Assembly (NCBI GenBank): GCA_963814545.1
Contig: CAWFDC010000019.1
Location: forward strand, 229,872-293,871
Origin: an uncultured Thermoleophilia bacterium
Lineage (GTDB): Bacteria; Actinomycetota; Thermoleophilia; UBA2241
Direction: 5' to 3'
DNA length: 64,000 nt
Shown here: in pieces, positions 39,588 to 49,360 of the stretch
How positions within the stretch are numbered: the stretch's first letter is position 1
Layout: each line of letters begins with the position of its first letter
Position numbers and translations under genes: made by a program
Notes under the pieces: model-generated
What the model was told of the DNA's origin: nothing
Seen by the model: only the letters and a program-made list of their open reading frames with translations
Database searches by the model: none

Positions 39588-40577
39588 ATGAACGTAGTCA
39601 TGATCGTCCCCACGGGGATCGGATGTGAGATCGGCGGCCATTGCGGCGACGGGAATGCGCCGGCGCGCTTGCTGGGCGCCTGCTGCGAGACCTTGGTGCT
39701 GCATCCCAACGTGGTGAACGCCTCGGACATCAACGAGATGCCCCCCAACGCGCTGTATGTCGAGGGCAACCATCTGGACCGGTTCCTGCAGGGAAAGCTC
39801 TTCCTCGAGAAGGTCAAGTCGAACAAGGTCTTGGTGGTCGTGAACAAGGCGGATTACCAGTCCATCAACGCCGTCTCGGCCGCCCGCGCCACGCTCGGGC
39901 TCGAGGCGGAGATTCTGGAACTGAAGGTGCCGCTCCAACTGATTGCCCGCATGGAAAACGGCATCGCCACGGGCGACGTCATCCACTGGAAGGAGCTGGT
40001 GGCGCAGGTCCAGGAACTCGAGTATGACGCCCTGGGCATCGCCACGCCCATCACCATCGACAGTCAAACCTTGGCAACCTACTGGCGTTGCGGCGGCGTG
40101 AATCCTGTGGGTGGAGTTGAGGCTCTTGCCACGCGGTTGATTGGCGAGGCGCTGGACAAACCGTGCGCGCATGGCCCGGTGGACTATGCGCTGACCGGGT
40201 TCAAGGAAGTGGTGGACCCGAGAATCGCCGTGGAGATCATCACGGAGAACTTCATCCACTGCCTGCTGAAAGGCTTGCACAAAGCCCCGCGGCTCAGCCG
40301 CGAGCGCGGCATGAGCTGCCGGGACATTGACTGCATGGTCTCCCCGTACGGCTGTTTCGGCGCGCCGCACCAGGCGTGCCTCGACGCGAACATCCCGGTG
40401 ATCGTGGTGCGCGAGAACAAGAGCTGTCTCAACCATCCCGAACACCCGAAGTTCATCTACGTCGAGAACTACATCGAGGCGGCGGGCATGATCATGGCCC
40501 TGAAGGCGGGCGTTCATCCGTCGTCGGTGCGCAGGCCGCTGGCTTTCACGAGCGTGCGAAAACAACAGGAACGATGA
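39588..40577 (+). CDS. Conserved protein of unknown function (DUF3326-like, assignment from memory)
   Basis: Start ATG 39588 after GGAGA. MNVVMIVPTGIGCEIGGHCGDGNAPARLLG… matches my recollection of the PTGIG-x-x-IGG-x-x-GD motif of that family. Intact 329-aa frame. Confidence 0.6.
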   Translation: MNVVMIVPTGIGCEIGGHCGDGNAPARLLGACCETLVLHPNVVNASDINEMPPNALYVEGNHLDRFLQGKLFLEKVKSNKVLVVVNKADYQSINAVSAARATLGLEAEILELKVPLQLIARMENGIATGDVIHWKELVAQVQELEYDALGIATPITIDSQTLATYWRCGGVNPVGGVEALATRLIGEALDKPCAHGPVDYALTGFKEVVDPRIAVEIITENFIHCLLKGLHKAPRLSRERGMSCRDIDCMVSPYGCFGAPHQACLDANIPVIVVRENKSCLNHPEHPKFIYVENYIEAAGMIMALKAGVHPSSVRRPLAFTSVRKQQER

Positions 40578-40650
40578 CGCTACCCGGCATGCACCGGTCG
40601 CGCCATCGAAGCAAGCACCGAGTCTCCAAAGCTCATTGGACTCCCATAGC

Positions 40651-42291
40651 ATGAAACGCCTCCTCCTCACTCTCTTTCTCCTGGGTCCAGCAGTCTCCCG
40701 CTCTGCCGACACGGACACCCAAACCGTGCGCGTCTTCATCTTCGCCGGTCAGTCCAACATGGTCGGCACGCACTCCAGGGTCGAGGACATCAAGCGCTTC
40801 CCGCCTTTCGCCGATCTGGACAAACCTCAGCCGAAGGTCCTGTTTTCATACAAGCTCGGACGCGAGGACATGGCGACCTCGGATGGCTGGATCGACATGC
40901 AGCCGACGGGCGATTACTTCGGGCCGGAGCTTGCCTTTGCCAGAGACGTATCGCAAAACATCAAGGCCCCCATCGCCATCATCAAATGCGCCTCCGGGGG
41001 CACCGGCTTGGCAGACGACTGGAACCCCGATGAACCGAGCGGCTTCAGACTCTACCCGCTGGCTCTCGAACACGTGCGCGCCTCGCTCGCCGAGTTGGCC
41101 CGCAAGAAGAAGCCCTACAGGGTTGAAGGCTTCCTGTGGCACCAGGGCGAGAATGACATGTTCAAAGAAGAATTCAAGGCGCGCTACGCGGAGAATCTCA
41201 AGAACTTCATCGCCTCATGGCGTCGTGATCTTCAGGCACCGAGCCTCAAGTTCTACATCGGCGAGCTCTGCACCAAGACCATCTGGGGCATGGACAACCG
41301 CGACAACATGTATGCCATCCGCACGGCGCAGAAAGCTGTGGCGGAGGCCGATCCGTTGGTCGATTACATCCCCACGTCCCATGACGCGGTGGAGATCGGC
41401 GGTGATGCCGGTTTGCATTACCACTACGGCACACTCGGCCAGCTCCAGCATGGCGTGAACTACGCGGATGCCTATCTGCGCACGATCGGCATGAAGAAGG
41501 CCACCGCCAGAACCCTCAAAGCCTGGCCATACCCCAAACGCAGCCCGGTGAAGCTCTTCATCCTCGCCGGACATCGCAACATGGAAGGCGAACGCGCCTT
41601 CAAGCAGGAACTCAAGGCGCTGAAGGGAAATGAAGCACGGGCCAACGACAACTTCCGGATCGCCTTCAAATACAGCCTCGGCGGCGGCTTCAAGACCTCG
41701 AACGGCTGGGAGCCGCTCGGCCCCGCCGGGCCCTACGACACCTTCGGCCCGGAGCTGAGCTTTGCCCAGACCCTGCAAGGCAAGGTGCCCGGCAACATCG
41801 CCATCGCCAAGTTCACCCACAGCGGCTCGCAGATGAACGACTGGACTCCGCAGGGAACGACCGCGAAGGACTGCAATCTGTACGAGCCCTTCATCGCCTT
41901 CATCCGCAACGCGATCCAGGAACTGAAGGCCAAGGGACATCCCGTCGAAGTGGCCGGGATTTTCTATCACGTCGGCGAGAACGACATGGCGTTTGGCCCC
42001 TACCGGAGAGAAGCCGCGAAGTGGCTGCAATCCACGGTCACACAGAGCCGCCTCGACCTGGCGCTGCCCGCGCTGAAATGGCACGTCACCCAGCAGCCGC
42101 CTCCTGATGAGGATGGACTCAACGCCATCGACATCACGGCCCACCTCGCCGCCATCGCCACGGGTGACCCTGCTTTCTATCATCTCAAGGCCTTCGATCT
42201 TTCCCCGCATCAGGAAAAGCTCGTCATCACCACCGAGGGCATCGTGAAACTCGGCGAACGGCTGGCTCGCAGTTACTTGGAACATCGTTGA
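40651..42291 (+). CDS. Tandem SASA-domain (sialate O-acetylesterase-like) carbohydrate esterase
   Basis: Signal peptide MKRLLLTLFLLGPAVSRSA. Domain 1: VRVFIFAGQSNMVGT…WHQGEND. Domain 2: VKLFILAGHRNMEGE…YHVGEND. Confidence 0.85.
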   Translation: MKRLLLTLFLLGPAVSRSADTDTQTVRVFIFAGQSNMVGTHSRVEDIKRFPPFADLDKPQPKVLFSYKLGREDMATSDGWIDMQPTGDYFGPELAFARDVSQNIKAPIAIIKCASGGTGLADDWNPDEPSGFRLYPLALEHVRASLAELARKKKPYRVEGFLWHQGENDMFKEEFKARYAENLKNFIASWRRDLQAPSLKFYIGELCTKTIWGMDNRDNMYAIRTAQKAVAEADPLVDYIPTSHDAVEIGGDAGLHYHYGTLGQLQHGVNYADAYLRTIGMKKATARTLKAWPYPKRSPVKLFILAGHRNMEGERAFKQELKALKGNEARANDNFRIAFKYSLGGGFKTSNGWEPLGPAGPYDTFGPELSFAQTLQGKVPGNIAIAKFTHSGSQMNDWTPQGTTAKDCNLYEPFIAFIRNAIQELKAKGHPVEVAGIFYHVGENDMAFGPYRREAAKWLQSTVTQSRLDLALPALKWHVTQQPPPDEDGLNAIDITAHLAAIATGDPAFYHLKAFDLSPHQEKLVITTEGIVKLGERLARSYLEHR

Positions 42292-42319
42292 CCCGCTCAG
42301 CGACGCCGACTCCTCCCTT

Positions 42320-42595
42320 AGCCCGCATTTCTCACCAACTGTTGATGTCATCTGACCGGTCACCGTCCCATTGCACCTGAAATGCGGGCTCTCAGAAACC
42401 GCGCCCCAAACAGATGGACCCAACTCGATCCCACTGTGTCGGCGTGCCCGGGTCGCCCAAGCGGCTGGGGCGTATCCCGGCTTTGATGAACCGATGAGCC
42501 GATTCTCCTGGGCGCGGGTTTCGAGGAAATCTCACCCGCGGACTGTCAGGTATGCCGCGATCGCCCCACTGGTGAGATTTCCGGGCTAGCGACCC
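42320..42595. repeat. Composite repeat H1 - spacer - H2 (paralog of 14228-14513)
   Basis: H1 at 42320-42390. A conserved ~130-nt spacer (CTCAGAAACCGCGCCCCAAACAGATGGACCC…GATGAACCGATGAGCC). H2 hairpin ending GGTGAGATTTCCGGGCTAGCGA. Collinear with the 14-kb copy apart from scattered substitutions and small indels. Confidence 0.9.
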
Positions 42596-43280
42596 AAAGA
42601 GAGATATAGCATGTCCCCAAAAACCACACCGCCATGAACCGCTCGATCTATGAGGTGATCCAGGGTTGCACGAGCGACTTCGCCGATGCCAACCTGAGTT
42701 GGATTACGGCTGATCAAGCCTGCCTGGCCCGGGTCACGCCCTCGCCGGAAACCATCAATGATCCGAACGCCTACGAGTTCTGGAGGCCGACGTGCTGACA
42801 GCCCCGTGGCGCATGGTTTCCTACTGCCGGACTTCGGCGAGCAAGTCATGAAAACGACATCCGGCATCCGCGCGGCTTCCGTCCGCAGTCTCTGTTGCCA
42901 TTTGTTGGGCGCATTCCTGGCTCGTCTGCATCCACCCGGCCACCCGTGGTGGTGGCTGCAACGGATCAGGGATTTGACCGCGATCAGGTCATGGGCGAAG
43001 ACGACGCGTTGCCGAATGCGGGCGAAGCCAGGAGAATCGCCGCGACGCTGGCGGAAGCAATCAACCCCTTGCTCGGCGGTGCAAGGCGGGAATGAACCGA
43101 CGTCGGATAACACCCTCAGACAGGCTCTCAGCCACCCCATGAGGATGACGACATCCATCGCGTTGCGCGTCTTGCTGACGGGCCTTTCCAGCCGCCTCGA
43201 CAGGCACCGGGCGCGGGCGGGCATCCGACATCTTGAAGACCGAAATGCGAACTGCGAAAGGTGTCCGGATCATCTCTTTC

Positions 43281-45005
43281 ATGAAGAAACGCATCCCACT
43301 CGTCACACTCAAGAGTAGTATGAGAGCCATATTGCAGCCCCGGCAGTCCCGGATCACCGTGTTGGTCACGGCGCTATTGGCTTTAACGGTGACCCTCCCG
43401 CTGAACCGGGCTTGGGCTGCCGACACAGCGAAGCCACAAAAGGCGTTACCCCTTCCGGGAGAAGTCTTCGAGATCGAGGGCCGCACGGCGTTTTGTGATG
43501 GTCTGAATCGCATTACGTTCCATACCTTCGCGCACACTCCGCCTTCAGGAGGAGTGCCTGGAAACATGTATCACGCCGGCGAACACTTCAATGTCAACTC
43601 CACCTGGTGGCCCAAAGCCGCACCCATGTTGTCCTATTTCTCCCGCTGCTGCTATCTCCTCCAACAGGGCCTGCCCGTCGCGGATGTCTGCTTTTACTAC
43701 GGGGACGACGCGCCCAACCTGGTCGCCACCCGCCGCATTGGTCCCGATTCGAAGCGGCTGGACGGCGCCACCTGTGCCCATTGCGGGAGGCCCAACCCGG
43801 CACCCGCCGACGCGCTCGGAACCGGTTACGACTACGACGTCATCAACTCGGATGTGATCGAGAACCGCATGGAGTTCAAGGACGGCCGCCTGACGCTGCC
43901 CCATGGCGTGAGTTACGAGGTCATTGTCCTGCCAGAACGCACAGACATCCCTCTGTCCGTGCTGAACAAACTGGAGAAGCTCGTCCGCGATGGCGCAACA
44001 CTCCTCGGCCCCAGGCCTGAGCGTGACACGTCATTGGCGGATTACCCACGCTGCGACGAGCAGGTCAGAGAAATAGCGGGACGAATCTGGGGTTCTGGCG
44101 ATGGAAAGGATGCGCGCGAGTGTTCTTACGGCAAAGGCCGGGTGATCGCCGACCGCACGCGCGTCCGCGAGATCCTCCAGCAGCGCGGCATCGGCCCCGA
44201 TTTCACCTGCAGCAGTCCGGGAAAACCGGCCGACCTCGACTCCATCCACCGCCGCACTCTGGACGCCGACATCTACTTCGTCAGCAACACTCAGATGGAA
44301 GAGGCCGAGGCCGATTGCACCTTCCGCGTCGCGCCACGGCTGCCGAAATTGTGGTATCCCGATACGGGTCAAATCAAGCCATGCACCGGTTACGCGCGTG
44401 TTCCCGGAGGAATGAAGTTGAAGTTGCGTTTGCCACCCGCCGGCTCGGTGTTCGTCGTCTTTTCGGGACCCGCGCCAGAGGCCGCCCCGACACCGGCGGC
44501 GAAGGAGGATGGCAAGTCGCCCGCCCTGCTCGAGATCGCCGGCCCCTGGGAAGTCCGTTTTCCCCCGAACTTGGGCGCGCCACCCTCCCGTGTCTTCGAC
44601 AAACTGATTTCCTGGACGGCAGTTCCAGACGACGGGATCAGGTATTTTTCCGGCACCGCGACATACCTGAAAATATTCGAGGTGCCGGCTTCCCTTCTGG
44701 AGGGGGATCGCCGGCTCGAACTGGACTTGGGCCATCTCCGCAACGTCGCCGACGCGACTTTGAATGGCACGCCGCTCGGAATTCTCTGGAAGCCACCTTA
44801 CATCTGCGACGTGACCGGCATAATCCGCGGCGGCCACAACGAACTGAAGATCGACGTCGTCAACCTCTGGGCCAACCGATTGGTCGGTGATGCACAACTT
44901 CCCCGGGAAAAGCGCGTGACGCGCGTCACCCAGAAAGTTCCCATCGGTGGCCCCCACGAGTCCGGCCTTTTCGGTCCGGTCAGGATTATCACACCCAGAA
45001 ACTGA
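43281..45005 (+). CDS. GH106-like glycoside hydrolase lacking the usual N-terminal part
   Basis: Signal peptide (MRAILQPRQSRITVLVTALLALTVTLPLNRAWA). Almost directly afterwards comes NRITFHTFAHTPP…, followed by the C-terminal sugar-binding-type region (GPWEVRF…ISWTAV…IRYFSGTATY…LDLGHLRNVADATLNG…LKIDVVNLWANRLVGD). Family assignment is from memory. Confidence 0.6.
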   Translation: MKKRIPLVTLKSSMRAILQPRQSRITVLVTALLALTVTLPLNRAWAADTAKPQKALPLPGEVFEIEGRTAFCDGLNRITFHTFAHTPPSGGVPGNMYHAGEHFNVNSTWWPKAAPMLSYFSRCCYLLQQGLPVADVCFYYGDDAPNLVATRRIGPDSKRLDGATCAHCGRPNPAPADALGTGYDYDVINSDVIENRMEFKDGRLTLPHGVSYEVIVLPERTDIPLSVLNKLEKLVRDGATLLGPRPERDTSLADYPRCDEQVREIAGRIWGSGDGKDARECSYGKGRVIADRTRVREILQQRGIGPDFTCSSPGKPADLDSIHRRTLDADIYFVSNTQMEEAEADCTFRVAPRLPKLWYPDTGQIKPCTGYARVPGGMKLKLRLPPAGSVFVVFSGPAPEAAPTPAAKEDGKSPALLEIAGPWEVRFPPNLGAPPSRVFDKLISWTAVPDDGIRYFSGTATYLKIFEVPASLLEGDRRLELDLGHLRNVADATLNGTPLGILWKPPYICDVTGIIRGGHNELKIDVVNLWANRLVGDAQLPREKRVTRVTQKVPIGGPHESGLFGPVRIITPRN

Positions 45006-45026
45006 GGAAACGACAGGAGACAACAT

Positions 45027-47057
45027 ATGGTGAAAAACAAACGAGATTTGACCACGCCGTGGTTGCTGTTCACAGCCGCCACACTGCTTTCGGCCTGCGC
45101 CGACGAAACGGCGATGACAAACTACTGGACGATGGACACGGCGCGAGGCGGCATCGTCCATCGTGGCAGCTACGGGGAACCCCTGGTGCTGAACATGCAG
45201 GGCCGCAAGGTGGTCATGCAGGTGCGGGTGGACCGGGTGGCGGGCCTTTCCTACACGGCGCGCTTTTTCCACGTGGATCCGGATCTCACCAAGAAGGGCT
45301 GGGTCATGGCCAATGTGAAGGCCGACTCCAATCCCGCGCTGCAGGTGAACGGGCGGCCCCTGCGGTGCGAGGTGCCATCAACGGTGGCCTTCGACGGGAT
45401 GCTGACGGTGGTTTACCCCGCAAGCGAGGGCATCGTCGCCACCCGCACGGTCTATTGCTCGCAGCGAAACCCGGTGGTCGTTGAGGAATGGCAACTGCGC
45501 AATGCCACCGACACATCGCTGACGGTGGATTTCAAGGCGCCCGCCACGGTGACGGCGGCCACGGAAAACACCGTGCTGGTCTGGACGGGTCAGGGGCCGG
45601 CGTCAACCGTCGTGAAACCCGGCGGTACCGTGTCGCTGGCGACCTGCGTTCAGGCCCGGCTCAAGGACGGGCCGGACGCGAACTCCGCCATGGATGTGGC
45701 GGCCGAGCATGCCGCACGGCGCGCTTTGACCGAGGCGGCCTGGCGCGGGCCGGGCCGGTTGGAAACGCCCGAGCCGCTGCTCGACCAGGCCTTCACCCTG
45801 CAGAAGCTGCACGTGCTGGAATGTCCGATCGAGACGATCAAGGGGGTGATCGTTCACAACGGCAGTCTCAGGTATTCTCCCGGCATCTGGGCGAACGATC
45901 CGGTCGAGTATTCGAGCCCGCTGTTTCCGTTCTTTGGCGACCCGGAATTGAACCGCGCGAGCATGGGCATGTATCGCGTCTGGCAGGAGTATTGTCTGAA
46001 GAACGGCACCGAACCCTTCCCGGGATCGTTTGAACATCCCGATCTGAAACTGGTCCAGCGGGACCGTGGCGACGACGCGATGGTGCTCTATGGCCTGTCA
46101 AAATTCCTGCTGTTCCAAGGCGACCGTCCCGCCGCCGAGGCGCTGTGGCCCTTGATCGAAATGAGTGCCGCTTCGGTCCTCAAGCACACCACGGCGGCGG
46201 GCATCGTCGCTTCAAAGACCGATGAAATGGAGGGCCGCTATCCGACCGGTGACGCCAACCTGAGCACGTCGTCGCTCGCCTACGGCGGCTACCGGCTGGC
46301 GGCCCGCCTGGCGCACTCGCTGGGCAAGCCGGCGGCGGTGGAGTGGGATCAGCGCGCCGAGGCCCTGCGCAAGGGCATAGAATCGTATTTCGGCGCCGAG
46401 GTCGAGGGCTTCAAGACCTACCGCTACTACGAAGGCAATACCACGCTGCGCGGTTGGATCCTGCTGCCTTTGGCGATGGGGATCACCGAGCGGCAGGAGG
46501 CCACCGTGGCCGCGCTGATGTCAGACAAGCTCTGGCCCCACCGGCAGGCGGGCGCCGATATCCTGGCGGAGTCCACCCGGCCCACCGAATGGGGTCGCGA
46601 GACCTACTATGCCCTGCGGGTCTTGTTCAAAGCCGGACGCACCGAGGAAGCGCTCGACCTCACCCGGCGCGTGGTCAACGCGCAGATTTTCGGTGCCGCG
46701 GGACCGTATCCCGATGAGGACGCTGTTGACATGCTCTGCCCGGGATCCCTCTATCCGCGCGTGTTCACCGAGGGCATGTTTGGCATTGTGCCCACCGGGC
46801 TTGATTCCTTCGAATGCACGCCGTGGCTGCCCAAGGCCTGGCCGCGGATGGCGCTGCGTGATCTGCGGGCGTTTGGCCGAGCTTGGGATCTGGTGGTGGA
46901 ACGCGCCGGCGATCAGCAGAAGGTCACGGTGCGCAGCGGAGGCAGAGACGCTGATGACCGGTTCGGGGCCAGCCGGGAAGACCTATTCGGTGATCTTCAC
47001 CAAGGGAATCGAGGCACCCACAGTCCTCGGCACGTCGCGGGAGCCAGAAGCAGGTGA
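45027..47057 (+). CDS. Lipoprotein, glycoside-hydrolase-like (alpha/alpha-barrel type); possible C-terminal frame break
   Basis: Lipobox LLSAC. 676-aa ORF. From ~46940 an alternative frame (…ETLMTGSGPAGKTYSVIFTKGIEAPTV…, stop 47073) reads more protein-like than the annotated tail (RDADDRFGASREDLFGDLHQGNRG…). Confidence 0.6.
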   Translation: MVKNKRDLTTPWLLFTAATLLSACADETAMTNYWTMDTARGGIVHRGSYGEPLVLNMQGRKVVMQVRVDRVAGLSYTARFFHVDPDLTKKGWVMANVKADSNPALQVNGRPLRCEVPSTVAFDGMLTVVYPASEGIVATRTVYCSQRNPVVVEEWQLRNATDTSLTVDFKAPATVTAATENTVLVWTGQGPASTVVKPGGTVSLATCVQARLKDGPDANSAMDVAAEHAARRALTEAAWRGPGRLETPEPLLDQAFTLQKLHVLECPIETIKGVIVHNGSLRYSPGIWANDPVEYSSPLFPFFGDPELNRASMGMYRVWQEYCLKNGTEPFPGSFEHPDLKLVQRDRGDDAMVLYGLSKFLLFQGDRPAAEALWPLIEMSAASVLKHTTAAGIVASKTDEMEGRYPTGDANLSTSSLAYGGYRLAARLAHSLGKPAAVEWDQRAEALRKGIESYFGAEVEGFKTYRYYEGNTTLRGWILLPLAMGITERQEATVAALMSDKLWPHRQAGADILAESTRPTEWGRETYYALRVLFKAGRTEEALDLTRRVVNAQIFGAAGPYPDEDAVDMLCPGSLYPRVFTEGMFGIVPTGLDSFECTPWLPKAWPRMALRDLRAFGRAWDLVVERAGDQQKVTVRSGGRDADDRFGASREDLFGDLHQGNRGTHSPRHVAGARSR

Positions 47058-47095
47058 TTCCCATGCGAAATAGCACACGGATAGCCCAAGAACCC

Positions 47096-49296
47096 ATGAG
47101 ACGATTCCGCCGACGCAACTCCGCGCCTCACGGCGCATGGCCATCCGTCATCCTGTCTCTGCTGGTCCCGCTCGCCCCGGTTCTTGCGGTCGAGGTGACC
47201 CTGCCGCCCAATCCACCCGGACCGCTCTTGTTCGCCCGAGACGAAATCAACCGGGCAACTGCCAGCAAGCCTGCGGGACCTGATGCCGCCATTGAGGTGA
47301 CCGGCAGGGGTGAACCCCAGAGCTACCGTCTCGAACGCGACGGGTCGCGCTGGTGCGTCCGCGGCGCGGATGCGGTCGGCGCCATGTACGGCGGGCTGGA
47401 GTTAGCGGAGGCGATCCGGCTGGGCACCCTGGCGCAACTGAAACCCGGCGAACGCAAACCCTACGTCGCGCAGCGCGGCCTCAAGTTCAACATCCCGCTC
47501 GACCTGCGCACGCCCAGCTACTCGGACAACAGCGACGCGGCGCAGGCCAACATCCCCGAGATGTGGAGCCGGGAGTTCTGGCGCGCGTTCCTCGACGAGA
47601 TGGCGCGGCATCGCTTCAACGTGCTTACGCTCTGGAGTCTCAATCCCTTCCCCAGCATCGTCAAAGTGCCCGAGTACCCGGACGTGGCGCTGAACGACGT
47701 GCTCCGCGGCCGGCGCGAAGTGTTCGATGACAGCTTTTCGCACAGCGGCACGCACATGTTCAGGCCGGAGTTCCTCAAGGACGCCGAGGTGGTGAAGCGC
47801 ATGACCATTGACGAGAAGATCGCGTTCTGGCGCGAGGTGCTGCAATGGGCGAAGGACCGCGGCGTGGACGTGTATTGGTTCACTTGGAACGCCTTTCTCG
47901 ACAGCGAAGAGGGCAAGCACGGGCTGACGCGTGCGAAGCCCGACGGCGAGATGCTGCGCTACTTCCGCGCCAGCGTGCGCGAAACGGTGAGGACGTATCC
48001 GCTGCTGGCCGGCATGGGCATCACGGCGGGCGAAAACATGGGTCAGAAGATGGGCGCGCTGAGCAAGGAGGAATGGCTCTGGCAGACTTACGGGGAGGGC
48101 GTGCGCGACGCGCTCAAGGACCAGCCGGACCGGAAGTTCCGGATGATCCATCGCTTCCACATGACCGGGCTCGACGAGGTCACCGCGCAGTGGAAGGACT
48201 ATCCCGGCCCGTTCGATTTCAGTTACAAGTACGCCGTGGCCCACATGTACGGCATGACCAATCCGCCGTTCATCAAGCCGCTCCTGCCCGAGCTCTCCCC
48301 CAGCCGTCGCACCTGGCTCACGGTCCGCAACGATGACATCTACAGTTTCCGCTGGGGCGATCCGCAGTTCGCGCGCGACTTCATCACCGCCATGCCCGGG
48401 CCGGACAAGGTCGCCGGCTTCTACATGGGGCCGGACGGCTATTGCTGGGGGCGGGAGGCGATGGACCTCGAGCCCGAATCGCCGCGCCAGCTCGTGATGC
48501 AGAAGCAGTGGTTCAGTTTCATGCTCTGGGGACGGCTGAGCTACGACCCGACGCTGACGGACAAGTTCTTCGAGCGCGTGCTGGCGGCGCGTTTTCCCGA
48601 AGTCCCGGCGGACAAGCTCCTCGCAGGCTGGAGCGCGGCGTCGCGGGTCATTCCCGAGGTCACGCGCTTCTTCTGGGGCAACATTGATCTGGAGTGGCTG
48701 CCGGAGGCGTGCCTCAGCCATCCCAAGGCACAAGGCTTCTACACCGTGCGCCATTTCATCGAAGGCGAGGGCATGCCCGAGAGCGGCGACCTGACCATCC
48801 GCGAGTGGCGCGAGCGCTTGCTGGCAAAACAACCGATGGACGGCGTCACGCCGCCGGAAGGTGGCCGCCAACCTCCGGCGGCACGCCGAGACTGCGAAAC
48901 GCACGGTCACGGCATTGCGACCTCAACAAGGCGCGAACAAGGAACTGCGCCTGACGCTCGGCGACATCGAAGCGTTCGCCTGTCTCGGTCTCTACTACGC
49001 CGCGAAGATCGAAGGCGCGTGCGAACTGGCGTTGTTCGACGCCAACTCGAAGGCCGAGCATCAAGCCGCGGCGATCCAGCATCTCGAAACCGCCCTCGGC
49101 CATTGGCGCGACTATGCGGCGGCCTACACGAAGCAATACCAACAACCGCTGCTCTACAATCGCGTCGGCGTCGTGGACATTCCGAAACTGGCTGGAAAAA
49201 GCGGCGGCGGATGTCGAACTCGCACGCGGCTGGAAGCCTGGCAGCATCGGCAAAGCCCCGCCTCGCAAGGGCGGCGGCAGCAAGTTCGGACAATGA
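47096..49296 (+). pseudogene. Putative glycoside hydrolase (GH20b/GH67N-like N-domain plus TIM barrel), two frame breaks
   Basis: Signal peptide MRRFRRRNSAPHGAWPSVILSLLVPLAPVLA. …GAMYGGLELAEAIRLG…RGLKFNIPLD…RHRFNVLTLWSLNPFP… Continuity runs across track ORFs 47054, 48861 and 49114. Breaks at ~48860 and ~49180. True stop at 49296. Confidence 0.7.
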
Positions 49297-49360
49297 AACG
49301 CCCCGTGGACACGCGAGCGATAAGTCTGGCACAGATCAGTCCATCATCATCAAGAAGACC

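Noticed and set aside
42634-42798. 54-codon ORF (MNRSIYEVIQGCTSDFADANLSWITADQACLARVTPSPETINDPNAYEFWRPTC).
   Set aside because: It reads protein-like, but it is short, has no recognisable family and sits in an apparently degraded stretch. It is mentioned only as a possible remnant of the missing N-terminal part of the downstream hydrolase.
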